In this document: positions 39,787-49,475 of the stretch, piece by piece
Numbering within the stretch: the stretch's first letter is position 1
Layout of the letters: the number at the start of each line of letters is the position of its first letter
Assembly: GCA_963844255.1 (NCBI GenBank)
Contig: CAWJNP010000025.1
Coordinates: 7,064-71,063 of the forward strand
Length of the DNA: 64,000 nucleotides
DNA from: an uncultured beta proteobacterium
GTDB lineage: Bacteria; Pseudomonadota; Gammaproteobacteria; Burkholderiales; SG8-39
Direction: 5' to 3'
The notes under the pieces: generated by a model
Database searches by the model: none
The model's input: only the letters and a program-made list of their open reading frames with translations
What the model was told of the DNA's origin: nothing
Position numbers and translations under genes: made by a program

Positions 39787-41447
39787 GCGAGACGGTGACA
39801 ATCCATCCCGTGGACGCCCGCATTGATCCTTCGAAGCGCTGGGGCATGGTGATCGACCTCAACCGCTGCGTCGGCTGCCAGACCTGCACGATCGCCTGCA
39901 AGCACACCAACGACACCCCGCCCGGCGTGCAATGGCGGCGCGTGATCGACATCGAGCAGGGCACCTTCCCCGACGTCGAACGGCTGTTCCTCGTGACCGG
40001 CTGCCAGCACTGCGCCGAACCGCCCTGCGTCCCGGTCTGCCCGACCGGCGCGACACAGCAGCGCGCGGACGGCCTGGTGACAATGAACTACGACGTCTGC
40101 ATCGGTTGTGCCTACTGCGCCGTGTCCTGTCCCTACAACGCGCGCACCATCGTGCACGAGGCGAAGGGGTATTACAGCGACGACACGCTGACGCGCCAGG
40201 AGCAGGCGACCGCACACCCCGAGCGCATCGGTGTCGCGCAGAAATGCACCTTCTGCCAGGACCGCATCGAAACCGGCCTCGCGGCAGGGCTGATTCCCGG
40301 CGTGGACCCCCAGGCGACGCCGGCCTGCTCGGCCTCGTGCATCTCGCAGGCGATCCAGTTCGGCGACTTCAACGATCCGAAGAGCCACGTGTCGGAGTTG
40401 CTGGACTCGCAGCCCAGCCTGCAGCTCAACGCCGAGGTCGGTACCGATCCGCAGATCAAGTACCTCTACACCACCCCCGCCGTTCCCGGCCGCGCGACCG
40501 GCGTGGAAGAAGGCGAGGAAGAGCGCATGGCCGATCCGGTCAACCCGCTGGTGGGGAAGGTGCAGGCGTTCTGGGACTGGCGCGCGGCGATGAACTGGAT
40601 CTTCGGCGGCATCGGCACGGGCCTCGCGATCGCGACCACGCTGGCGCTTGCGTTCGGCGCACTCAAGGGCGGGCTTGCGCCGAAACTGTACTTCGCTTCT
40701 GCGGCGCTCGTGGGAGTGGGCCTCTTCTGCGTGTTCCTCAAGATCGGCCGGCAACTGCGCTTCTGGCGCGCAGCGGCGCGTCCGCACACCTCGTGGATGT
40801 CACGCGAACTGTATGCGGTGCTGGTGTTCTTCCCCTCGGTGCTGGGCTGCCTCGTCGCGCCCGGGAAAGTCGTATTTGCGCTCGCGGGCATCTCAGCCGC
40901 GGCCTTTCTCTTCTGCCAGGCAAAGATCCTGCACCGTGCGCGCGGCATCCCCGCCTGGCGCGCACCGCTGGTGCCCTGGATGATCTTTTCCAGCGGCCTG
41001 CTCGAAGGCTGCGGCGCACTGCTCATCCTGACGGTGGCGCTGGGCGGCATGCCGACGCGCGGCATGGCGATCGCGCTGGCGGTTCTCGCCTTCGTCAATG
41101 CGGTGCTGTGGCGCGTCTATGTCGACAGTGCGAAGCGCGAGGGCATCGCGCCGCTTGCGCGCCGGGCGCTGGCCGAATTCGACCTGCCCCTGCAGATCAT
41201 CGGCCATGCCCTGCCGGTGGCGCTGGGCGCGTTTGCCGTGGCGGCACCGGCCAACAGCGCCGTGCTGCTCGCCTTCGGTGGTGCGGCTGCCATCATCGGC
41301 GGCGCAGTGTGGAAGTTCTCGCTCATCGTGCGCGCCGGGTTCAACCAGGGCTTCAGGCTCTCGCACATGCCGCAGCGCGGCTCGGGCAACTACGCCGCCC
41401 CCACGCGCATGGATGCGTCAGGGATGCCGAGGCCGGCGAACAGCTAA
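39783..41447 (+). CDS. Fused 4x[4Fe-4S] subunit plus DmsC/NrfD-type membrane anchor (PadC-PadD-like)
   Basis: CVGCQTC, CQHC..PPC..VCP, CIGCAYC..SCP, KCTFC..PAC..SC, then Q.FWDWRAA.N and about 8 TM helices. Confidence 0.85.
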   Translation: MSETVTIHPVDARIDPSKRWGMVIDLNRCVGCQTCTIACKHTNDTPPGVQWRRVIDIEQGTFPDVERLFLVTGCQHCAEPPCVPVCPTGATQQRADGLVTMNYDVCIGCAYCAVSCPYNARTIVHEAKGYYSDDTLTRQEQATAHPERIGVAQKCTFCQDRIETGLAAGLIPGVDPQATPACSASCISQAIQFGDFNDPKSHVSELLDSQPSLQLNAEVGTDPQIKYLYTTPAVPGRATGVEEGEEERMADPVNPLVGKVQAFWDWRAAMNWIFGGIGTGLAIATTLALAFGALKGGLAPKLYFASAALVGVGLFCVFLKIGRQLRFWRAAARPHTSWMSRELYAVLVFFPSVLGCLVAPGKVVFALAGISAAAFLFCQAKILHRARGIPAWRAPLVPWMIFSSGLLEGCGALLILTVALGGMPTRGMAIALAVLAFVNAVLWRVYVDSAKREGIAPLARRALAEFDLPLQIIGHALPVALGAFAVAAPANSAVLLAFGGAAAIIGGAVWKFSLIVRAGFNQGFRLSHMPQRGSGNYAAPTRMDASGMPRPANS

Positions 41448-41466
41448 GTGGCCGGCGCGTCACAGG

Positions 41467-41519
41467 TGTATCGGTATCGAAACACAAACTGCCCGGAGAG
41501 CCGCTCCAGATCTTGAGAT
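41467..41519. repeat. 53-bp intergenic repeat, copy A
   Basis: 45/53 identical by hand alignment to 51216-51268, same orientation. Confidence 0.85.
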
Positions 41520-41595
41520 CGTGAATTAATTGTCAAAGATTCAAGCCGAAACACGAATGTGCAGTTTGATAACAAAATGCCCTCACGACGAATGT

Positions 41596-42114
41596 TCACG
41601 CCGGGCAAGCAAGCCTGCACCGGGCAATCTCCCATGAATTGCACCACTCGAGTCTGCGTTGCGGCGTTTCGTTGACCTTCATCATGATGTCCGTCAGGTC
41701 GCAATGATTCAGCCCGCCGCCGCAGCGGATATTGTGGCGGTAAAGGGCAACCAGATCGTTCAGAGACCCAAGGTCGCTGCGGCTGCGTGTCCTGGCGTAC
41801 ATCGCCGGGTCGCAGTTCATGAACGCTTTGTCGATCGACTTCGCGCTCAGGCCCCGAAATCGCAGGAGTTGCTCCAATCCGCCGAACAGCATGTCGATCA
41901 AACGGCGTTCTGTGACCGGCACCCTGCCCTGAAGAAGGATGAAAGACAGCAAAGTCGCCTGGCTCAAGAAGATGAACGCCTTCCTTCGGTCGACGGCAAA
42001 CCGGTTGATGTACCAGTTGCCAAGGGGCGCGTCGCTCGGTTCCGCGTCCGCCATGTTCTCCTTGCGCAGCCCCAGGACTTTTTGCACTTCGCCGGTGCAC
42101 AGCAGAAAAATCAT
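41596..42114 (-). CDS. Hypothetical protein (DUF6933-like)
   Basis: CT..VQK.L..LGNWY.N.F...RRK..IF....TLLSF pattern; ATGA-coupled to the citE-like gene. Confidence 0.6.
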   Translation of the reverse strand: MIFLLCTGEVQKVLGLRKENMADAEPSDAPLGNWYINRFAVDRRKAFIFLSQATLLSFILLQGRVPVTERRLIDMLFGGLEQLLRFRGLSAKSIDKAFMNCDPAMYARTRSRSDLGSLNDLVALYRHNIRCGGGLNHCDLTDIMMKVNETPQRRLEWCNSWEIARCRLACPA

Positions 42115-43019
42115 CGTCCCCGAATCGCCTCCAGCGTCGCCAGCACTCTCCGCGCCCGTTGCACCACCGGGTAATCCACGAACTGCCCATCGACCTGGAT
42201 CGAAGCCGAACCCGCTGCTTCCGCCGCGGCGAATGCATCGACAATCTTCTTTGCCCGCTCAGCCTCGGCCGATGTAGGCGTGAAGACTTCGTTCGCAACA
42301 AGCACCTGGTCCGGATGGATGCACAACCGTCCCTGGAAGCCGAGCCGGCGGCTCCGTTCCACAGAGGCGCGCAGACCGGCCACATCCTTCAGGTGGATCC
42401 AGACCGTATCGATCGGCGCATCCAGTCCGCTTGCGCGCGAGGTCACGACCATGCGCGAGCGCACCTCGGCCAACTCCTCCTCGCCCGGTGTCCAGGTCAT
42501 GCCGACATCGCCGGTGTAGTCGGCCGCGCCGAAGCACATGCGCTTCACGCGCCACGGGCCGGGATAGTCCTTGAGCGAACGTGCTCCCGGAATCCGGTCG
42601 AGGCGTGAGAACGCCGCGGCGGTCTCGATGATCGGCATCAGGTCGATCGCGCCGGGCACGAGGCCGCGATCGCGCTCCAGGCTCGTGATCAGCCAGTCGA
42701 TGGTGCGCAGGTCGGCGGCCGACTCGACCTTGGGCAGCACGATACCGTCGAGCCCCTCAACCACCACCGCGAGAAGGTCGCCGAGGCACCAAGGCGTTGC
42801 AAGGCCGTTGACCCGGACATACGCCTTGCCGTTGCGCGGCCGTGACAGCGCTGCCACCGCATCGGCGCGCGCCGCGATCTTTTCCGACACCGCGACCGCG
42901 TCCTCGAGGTCGAGGATCACGGCATCGGCGTCCAGCGACAAGGCCTTCTCGACCCGGCGCGGATGGTTGGCGGGCGTGAACAGGAAACTGCGCAGTACGG
43001 CGGGCGTTGCGGTATTCAT
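42111..43019 (-). CDS. CitE/HpcH-family CoA-ester lyase (citramalyl-CoA lyase-like)
   Basis: RS.LF.P, DAVILDLEDAV, LPKVES, IETA, GFQGRLCIHPDQV, VDYPV. Confidence 0.9.
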   Translation of the reverse strand: MNTATPAVLRSFLFTPANHPRRVEKALSLDADAVILDLEDAVAVSEKIAARADAVAALSRPRNGKAYVRVNGLATPWCLGDLLAVVVEGLDGIVLPKVESAADLRTIDWLITSLERDRGLVPGAIDLMPIIETAAAFSRLDRIPGARSLKDYPGPWRVKRMCFGAADYTGDVGMTWTPGEEELAEVRSRMVVTSRASGLDAPIDTVWIHLKDVAGLRASVERSRRLGFQGRLCIHPDQVLVANEVFTPTSAEAERAKKIVDAFAAAEAAGSASIQVDGQFVDYPVVQRARRVLATLEAIRGR

Positions 43020-43039
43020 GGTTTGGATAGCCTCAGGTA

Positions 43040-44473
43040 TCAGACGATACGCACTGAATCGAGCAAGGCCTGCAGAGAATCTGCCCGGTCCAGGCCGAGC
43101 ACCGCGTCGGCCACGCGCTCGGCGCGCGCTGCACCCATCACGCGCTCCGCGTTGCCAAGAAACTTTGCCACGATCTCCGCGGCCGACAGCGGCCGCGCGT
43201 CGGAGCCGCGGTTCTCCGCTTCGCGGTGGCGCAACTCGCGCCCATCCCGGAGGCGCACGACGACTTCCCCGGAGTAGTAGCGCGGGAACGCCGACTGCGG
43301 ATCGATCTCGTAGCCGGTTTTCGCCATCAGCGCATGGATGCGCGGATCGCCCAGCGCGTCGTCTTCGAGTTCCGCCAGGGTGAATTTTCCGCGCACCAGC
43401 GCGGCAGCGATCGTGTAATGCACCGAGAATTGCGCCTCATAGGCATTCTGCGGACGCTGCTTGGCAGCCTGTGGCTCGCACACCACCGCGGTCTGGCCTG
43501 CGGCGATGCGCGCCGTGATGGATTCGACGTCCTCGGGCGAAAACGCGTTTGCGCGACGCAGTTCGAGCGCCGCATCGGCGAATGCATGGTTGAAGTGGCA
43601 GGCCGGATACGGCTTCATCGCGACGTTGAGCATTTCCCAGGTCTCGCCCAGACCGGCGGTACAGGTTGCGAGATCGGCCGCATGTTGCACACCCAGATAG
43701 GCATTGAACAAGCCGAAGCGCCCTTCATAGGCGCGCTTCGGCCCTTCGAAGCCGCCGCGAGCCAGTGCGCAGGCGGTGACTGCGGACGAAGCCGCCCAGC
43801 CCGGATGCATGCGCTTGGTCCATGCCCCGTCCTCGAGAAATTCAAGGCTGCCCGCGGCCATCGACAGCGCGATGCCCTGCGCGTGCGCGATCTGCGCCAC
43901 GCTCATGCCTGACAGGCGACCGGACGCGAGCGTCGCGCCGAAGATGCCGACCAGCCCCGTGGGATGAAATCCACGCTGGTGAAAGCCGTTGTTCGCCGCC
44001 TGCCCGATGCGGCTGGCCGCCTCGACGCCGACGAGGTAAGCGGCGAGCGCTTCGCGGCCGCCCGCTTTTTCGCGCTGGCCCACACCGAGCAGCACCGGCA
44101 CTGCCGAGGCCGAGGCGTGGATCACGCCGCCCGAGTGGGTGTCGTCGAAATCCAACCCATGAATCAGCGTGCCGTTGGCGAGAATGGCGTCGCGCAGCGG
44201 CAGGCCGATGGCCGTGCCGAGCACGGGATACGGCCCCTCGCCCGCGAGGCCGACGAGCGCATTGATGGTGCGCTGGCCGAATTCGTAGCCGCTCGAGGCG
44301 AGGCCGATCCCCAGGCAGTCGAGCACATGGAATTTGGCTCGATCCACTACCTCGGCAGGGATGTCCTCGAAACGCAGACGCCCGGCAAACGCTGCCAGCG
44401 TCTGCGAAATCGTGTCCTCGCCCGCGGCGGCCGGGTCCGCGACGTGCAATCCGTTCATGGCGGGTGCATTCAT
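43040..44473 (-). CDS. MmgE/PrpD-family protein
   Basis: ANGTLIHGLDFDDTH, GFHPTG, WTKRMHPG, KPYPACHF, EAQFS. Confidence 0.9.
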   Translation of the reverse strand: MNAPAMNGLHVADPAAAGEDTISQTLAAFAGRLRFEDIPAEVVDRAKFHVLDCLGIGLASSGYEFGQRTINALVGLAGEGPYPVLGTAIGLPLRDAILANGTLIHGLDFDDTHSGGVIHASASAVPVLLGVGQREKAGGREALAAYLVGVEAASRIGQAANNGFHQRGFHPTGLVGIFGATLASGRLSGMSVAQIAHAQGIALSMAAGSLEFLEDGAWTKRMHPGWAASSAVTACALARGGFEGPKRAYEGRFGLFNAYLGVQHAADLATCTAGLGETWEMLNVAMKPYPACHFNHAFADAALELRRANAFSPEDVESITARIAAGQTAVVCEPQAAKQRPQNAYEAQFSVHYTIAAALVRGKFTLAELEDDALGDPRIHALMAKTGYEIDPQSAFPRYYSGEVVVRLRDGRELRHREAENRGSDARPLSAAEIVAKFLGNAERVMGAARAERVADAVLGLDRADSLQALLDSVRIV

Positions 44474-44501
44474 GCAGTCTCCATCGAAATTCGTTGAAAC
44501 A

Positions 44502-45287
44502 TCAGGTGCGCGCCTCTGCATCGCGCCACGAAAAACGCAGGGACATCGAATACGAAAAGCGCCCCGCCGGATACAGGCTGGTCGAGACCAGCAACATCTT
44601 GTCATCTTCCCCCAGATAGTGGCGCGTGATCGCGAGCCCCGGGGATCCGGCGCGAACCTTGAGCAGGCGCGCGCGCCTCGCCGGAACCGCACAGGCGCTG
44701 ATGACCTGCTGGACTTCGGCGATGCGCTGCCCGTAGCGCGTCTCGATCAGGGTATACATCGGCACGCGCAGGTTCTGCAGGTCGCGGCCGAGTGCGGCGT
44801 AGGCATGCGGGATGTAGATTTCGCTGACGACCATGGGCAGCGGATCCGCGTTCTGGTAGCGCACCACGTCGACCACGCGCCAGCGCTGGCCCGGCGCGCA
44901 GCGCAGGCGCTCGCACTCCCCCGTGGTCGCGGTCAGGTCGCGCTCGCCGACGATGGCCAGCCGCGTGTCCTTCACGTAGGTGAACAGATCCGAGATCGAG
45001 TCGATCGACTGCACATAGCGAGAGTCGCCGCGCTTGGCCTTGACGCGCGTACCGATGCCTTGGTGGCGTGACACCATGCCCATTTCGCGCAGGCGGCGCA
45101 GCGCCTCGCGCACCGTATGGCGCGACAGGCCGAACTGCGCGCAAAGCGCCATCTCGGTGGGCAGGAGCGAACCCACCGCATAGCGCCCTGCACTGATATC
45201 CGAGATCAGGGAGTCGGCCAGCAGTGAGGTTCGCGAGGCCGACCCCGTGGGGAGCGGCGCGGCAGCCCGGACCCGTACGCTACCCAT
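44502..45287 (-). CDS. GntR-family regulator, HutC subfamily (UTRA domain)
   Basis: LPTE.ALC.QFGLSR.TVREAL..L...G.V.R.QG.GT; UTRA-like C-terminus. Confidence 0.9.
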   Translation of the reverse strand: MGSVRVRAAAPLPTGSASRTSLLADSLISDISAGRYAVGSLLPTEMALCAQFGLSRHTVREALRRLREMGMVSRHQGIGTRVKAKRGDSRYVQSIDSISDLFTYVKDTRLAIVGERDLTATTGECERLRCAPGQRWRVVDVVRYQNADPLPMVVSEIYIPHAYAALGRDLQNLRVPMYTLIETRYGQRIAEVQQVISACAVPARRARLLKVRAGSPGLAITRHYLGEDDKMLLVSTSLYPAGRFSYSMSLRFSWRDAEART

Positions 45288-45293
45288 GCTCGC

Positions 45294-46481
45294 TCAGACC
45301 ACCCCGGCGGCGCGCAGCGCGGCAATCCGTGCGGCGTCGTAACCCAGCCCGGCGAGCAAGGCGTCGGTATGCTCACCCATGGCCGGCGCCGCCTGCACCG
45401 GATGTTCTTCGCCCATCCTGAGCGGCGAGGCCAGCAGCCTGACGCTGCGCCCATCCGGATAGGCGAAGTCGAGCACCCTCTTCTGTTCGGCGACAAAAGG
45501 ATTGTCGAGCGCCTGGGCGATGTCGTTCACCGGCGCCACAGGCACCTTGCCGCGCAGTTGTTCCAGCCACGCCGCGGTCGGCTTTTCCATGAGCGCCGCA
45601 TCGAGCATCTGGGTCACCTTGGTGCGGTTTTCCAGCCGCGCCTTGTAGGTCGAGAACGCGGGATCCTCGGCCCACTCCGGCCGGCCCAGCTCGCGCGCCA
45701 GCACGCCCCAGAATTTTTCCTTGTTGCACATCACGAACAGCCAGCCGTCCTCGGTGCGGCACAGCTGGCTCGGGGTGAGCGAAGGGTGCGCCGAACGCGG
45801 TTCCCTGCCCTGCACATGGCCTGCGTTCAGGTACCAGGCGCCCAGGTAGCACAGGTTGTGCAAAGCGACGTCGAACAGGCTCACATCGACGTCGCGCCCC
45901 ATCCCTGTCTCGCGCGCGGAGAGCACACCTGCGAGCAGTCCGTGGGCGCAGGCGAGCCCCGTCATCAGGTCGACGATCGAAAGACCGTAGCGTGCCGGCG
46001 GTCCGTCGGGCTCTCCGGTCACCGAGAGGTGCCCGGCTTCGGCCTGCATCAGGTAGTCGTAGCCAGGCCAGGCCGCGCGCGAGCCCTGCCGGCCGTAGGC
46101 CGAGAGGTGCGCGCAGACGAGCTTCGGGTTGATTTCCTTCAGTTCCGCGTAGGTGATGCCCAGCTTGGCAGGTGCATCGCCACGCAGGTTGTCGAGCGTC
46201 GCGTCGGCCGTGCGCACGAGGTCAAGAAACACCTTGCGGCCCTCCGGTTGCTTCAGGTCGAGGACCATGGATTTCTTGTTGCGATTGAAAGCCTGGAAGA
46301 ACTGGCTGTCACCCGGCCCCTGGAAGAAGGGCCCGACCCCGCGCCCGACGTCTCCGCCCTCCGAGGGATTCTCGATCTTGATCACTTCGGCGCCGAGGTC
46401 GGCGAGATAGGTGGTGCCGAAAGGGCCCGCGCCGTACTGCTCGACCGCGAGGACCCGCAGGCCGGTCAGGGGCAGGCTCAT
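45294..46481 (-). CDS. Family III (CaiB/BaiF) CoA-transferase
   Basis: LTGLRVL, AGPFGT..LADLGAEVIKIE, NRNKKS..LDLK, PGYD, GEHTD. Confidence 0.92.
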   Translation of the reverse strand: MSLPLTGLRVLAVEQYGAGPFGTTYLADLGAEVIKIENPSEGGDVGRGVGPFFQGPGDSQFFQAFNRNKKSMVLDLKQPEGRKVFLDLVRTADATLDNLRGDAPAKLGITYAELKEINPKLVCAHLSAYGRQGSRAAWPGYDYLMQAEAGHLSVTGEPDGPPARYGLSIVDLMTGLACAHGLLAGVLSARETGMGRDVDVSLFDVALHNLCYLGAWYLNAGHVQGREPRSAHPSLTPSQLCRTEDGWLFVMCNKEKFWGVLARELGRPEWAEDPAFSTYKARLENRTKVTQMLDAALMEKPTAAWLEQLRGKVPVAPVNDIAQALDNPFVAEQKRVLDFAYPDGRSVRLLASPLRMGEEHPVQAAPAMGEHTDALLAGLGYDAARIAALRAAGVV

Positions 46482-47632
46482 GCGGGGTTTCGTTCGATCA
46501 GCTGCTTGGCGATGATGATCCGCTGCAACTCGTTGGTGCCCTCGCCGATGCACATCAAGGGCGCGTCGCGGTAGTAGCGCTCGATGTTGAACTCCTTCGA
46601 GTAACCGTAGGCGCCGTGGATGCGCATCGCCTCGATCGAATTCTCAAGCGCCGATTCGGAGGCGAACAGTTTGGCCATGCCGGCCTCCATGTCGCAGCGC
46701 TCGCCGCGGTCGTAGGCGGCGGCCGCGCGCTCCACCAGCAGGCGCGAGGCCTCAACGCGGGTGGCCATGTCGGCGAGTTTCAGCTGGATCGCCTGGTGCT
46801 CGCAGATCGGCTTTCCGAAGGTCTTGCGCACCTGCGCATACGCCACCGAGTCTTTCAGCGCCGCGCTCGCGATGCCCACGCCACGCGCGGCGACGTTGAT
46901 CCGACCCAGTTCGAGTCCGCCCATCACCTGCTGCATGCCCTTGCCCTCGACGCCGCCGACGAGGTCGTCGGCCGAGACGCGATAGTTGTCGAACACGAGT
47001 TCGGCCGAATCGATGCCCTTGTAGCCGAGCTTCTCGAGTTTTCGGCTGTGCGCGAAGCCCGGGCCTTTCTCGCAGATGAATGCGCTCATGCCCTTGTGGC
47101 GCGGATCGGCCTTGGGGTCGGTCTTGACCAGCAGTGCCACGACGTGCCCGTGGATGCCGTTGGAGATCCAGGTCTTGGTGCCGTTGACGATGTAGGCATC
47201 GCCCTCGCGGCGCGCGGTCGTGCGCACCGCCTGCAGGTCGGTGCCGCAATCGGGCTCGGTCAGCGCAAGGCCGCCACGCAGCTCGCCCGAGGCAAAGCGC
47301 GGCAGCCAGCGCCGCTTCTGCTCCTCGGTGCCGGAGCGCTGGACCAGGGAGGCCATGATCAGGTGCGAATTGATGATCCCGGCGAGCGACATCCAGACTT
47401 CGGTGATCTTCTCGATCAGTTTGGCGTAGGTACTCGCCGACAGGCCCAGTCCGCCGTACTCCTCGCGGATGATGCAGCCGAACAGGCCCATGCCCTTCAT
47501 CTTCTCGACGATCTCGGCGGGCCAGATATCCCTGGCCTCGAGTTCGTGCACATGCGCGCGGACCTCGCGTTCGAGGAAGCGGTCCACGGCATCGAGTATT
47601 GCGCTTTCCTTGTCATCCACTGGCTGGCTCAT
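46478..47632 (-). CDS. Acyl-CoA dehydrogenase
   Basis: ALTEPD.GTD, GTKTWISN, KLGYKG, MAKLFASE, HGAYGY..E..IERYYRDA, GEGTNELQ. Confidence 0.93.
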   Translation of the reverse strand: MSQPVDDKESAILDAVDRFLEREVRAHVHELEARDIWPAEIVEKMKGMGLFGCIIREEYGGLGLSASTYAKLIEKITEVWMSLAGIINSHLIMASLVQRSGTEEQKRRWLPRFASGELRGGLALTEPDCGTDLQAVRTTARREGDAYIVNGTKTWISNGIHGHVVALLVKTDPKADPRHKGMSAFICEKGPGFAHSRKLEKLGYKGIDSAELVFDNYRVSADDLVGGVEGKGMQQVMGGLELGRINVAARGVGIASAALKDSVAYAQVRKTFGKPICEHQAIQLKLADMATRVEASRLLVERAAAAYDRGERCDMEAGMAKLFASESALENSIEAMRIHGAYGYSKEFNIERYYRDAPLMCIGEGTNELQRIIIAKQLIERNPA

Positions 47633-47659
47633 CGTGTCTCTCCTCTGGCGGCGTGGCGC

Positions 47660-48178
47660 CTAGTAATCCATCTTGTCTTCGGCGGCATGTCCTTCCATCG
47701 GCAGCAGGGCGCTGCGCTCGAAGGTCATGAATACGGTACCGTCGGATTTTTTCGCCGTGGTGCGCACGGTCACGATGCCGTGGTGGGCGCGCGATTTCGA
47801 CTCGCGTGTCTCCAGCACCTCGGATTCGGCGTAGAGCGTGTCGCCGACAAACACCGGCTTCATGAGCTTGATCTTGTCCCAGCCGAGGTTGGCCACCGCC
47901 TTGTGGCTGAAATCCGATACGGTCATGCCGGTGACGATCGCGAGCGTGAGGCAGGAATTGACCAGCGGCTTGCCGAATTCGGTGTTGGCGGCGTAGGCCA
48001 GATCGCTGTGCACCGGGTGCTGGTTCATGGTGAGGAGCGAAAACCAGATGTTGTCGGTCTCCGTGATCGTCCTGCCGGGACGGTGCTCGTAGATGTCGCC
48101 GACCTTGAAATCCCCGAAATAACGGCCGATCGATTCGCGCGTGCGGTTCGGTCCCACCTTCCTGCTGCGGCTGGCCAT
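47660..48178 (-). CDS. MaoC-family hydratase (RipB/itaconyl-CoA hydratase-like)
   Basis: GRYF.DF.VGDIYEHRPGRTITETDN.WF.LLTMN.HP.H; GAGGA RBS supports ATG 48178. Confidence 0.85.
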   Translation of the reverse strand: MASRSRKVGPNRTRESIGRYFGDFKVGDIYEHRPGRTITETDNIWFSLLTMNQHPVHSDLAYAANTEFGKPLVNSCLTLAIVTGMTVSDFSHKAVANLGWDKIKLMKPVFVGDTLYAESEVLETRESKSRAHHGIVTVRTTAKKSDGTVFMTFERSALLPMEGHAAEDKMDY

Positions 48179-48197
48179 GTTTTCCTCACTCATCCGG

Positions 48198-48209
48198 TTG
48201 TCCGGACAA
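48198..48209. promoter_or_regulatory. Candidate HutC-type GntR operator
   Basis: Perfect palindrome TTGTCCGGACAA in the divergent promoter region; the operon encodes its own HutC-type GntR. Confidence 0.6.
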
Positions 48210-48349
48210 AGTCTGACCGCCGGCCTGCATGCTTGTCAAGCAGCGGACCGCAATCCCGCGCCGGGATAGCGAAACGCCGGGACGGCACCGGGCGGCGGCC
48301 GGTGTAGCATCGGTGAAACTCTTTTCAGCCCGCCACTCTCCGGACGCCA

Positions 48350-49462
48350 ATGAACGCAGCTGCCAAACCGCCCGCCACCGAACAATTCCTGACCCTGCAG
48401 GAGATCGTCACGACTGCACGCCGCAACCTTGCCCCCGGCCCCTGGGCCTACCTGACCGGCGCCACGGAAACCGAAACCACCTTGCGGCGCAACCGCCAGG
48501 CGCTGGATTCGATTGCCTTCCGGCCGCGCGTGCTGAACGACGTCAGCAAGGTCGACACCCGCTCCACCTTCCTCGGCCAACCGGTGCGCCTGCCCGTGAT
48601 GCTGGCGCCCGTGGGCGGCATGGAATCCTTCTCGCCCGGTGCTGCCGCCGATGCAGCGCGGGGCGCGGCGCAGTTCGGCATCGCCCAGATGCTCTCCTCG
48701 GTCTGCCAGCCCGGACTCGAAGCGGTCGCCGCCGCCGCCGACAACCTGCGCGCGTTCCAGCTCTATGTGCGCGGCGACGACGACTGGGTCGATGCCTGGG
48801 TGCCGCGCGCCAAGGCCCATGGCTATCGCGCCTTCTGCCTCACGGTCGACAGCGCCTACTACAGCCGGCGCGAACGCGACCTTCTTGGCCGTTTTGCCAA
48901 GCCCTGGCGCCCGGTGGATACCTCGGGCATGGTGTTCCAGGCGGCGCTGTCCTGGCGCACCGTGAAACGCCTCAAGCAGATCTGCGACCTGCCCCTGGTG
49001 TTGAAGGGCATCGCCACGGTCGAAGACGCCGAGATCGCGGTCGAGCACGGCGTGGACGTGATCTACGTTTCCAACCACGGCGGCCGGCAGCTCGACCACG
49101 GCTTGGGCAGTGCAGCCGTACTGCCTCAGATCATTGCCGCCGTAAAGGGGCGCGCCGAAGTCTGGGTCGACGGCGGCTTCATGCGCGGCACCGACATCGT
49201 CAAGGCCATTGCCCTGGGCGCGAAGACCGTGGGCATCGGCCGCCTGATGTGCCTGGGCCTCGGCGCCGCGGGCGTCCCGGGCCTGGTGCGCACGCTGGAA
49301 CTGCTCGAGGAGGAGATTCGCCTGGTGCTCGGCCTGCTGGGCGTGACTTCGTTCGCCGAACTCACGCCCCGGCATGTGACCAGTGCAGCGCCGGTGTTCG
49401 AACCGCATGCCCTGAGCGCGTTTCCGCTGCTCAACGAATATCCGGGTACGACCGCGCCCTGA
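48350..49462 (+). CDS. FMN-dependent alpha-hydroxy-acid oxidase/dehydrogenase
   Basis: FRPRVL.DV, LTVD, LVLKGI, VSNHGGRQLDHG, DGG.MRGTDIVKA. Confidence 0.92.
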   Translation: MNAAAKPPATEQFLTLQEIVTTARRNLAPGPWAYLTGATETETTLRRNRQALDSIAFRPRVLNDVSKVDTRSTFLGQPVRLPVMLAPVGGMESFSPGAAADAARGAAQFGIAQMLSSVCQPGLEAVAAAADNLRAFQLYVRGDDDWVDAWVPRAKAHGYRAFCLTVDSAYYSRRERDLLGRFAKPWRPVDTSGMVFQAALSWRTVKRLKQICDLPLVLKGIATVEDAEIAVEHGVDVIYVSNHGGRQLDHGLGSAAVLPQIIAAVKGRAEVWVDGGFMRGTDIVKAIALGAKTVGIGRLMCLGLGAAGVPGLVRTLELLEEEIRLVLGLLGVTSFAELTPRHVTSAAPVFEPHALSAFPLLNEYPGTTAP

Positions 49463-49475
49463 ACAGGAGAAGACC

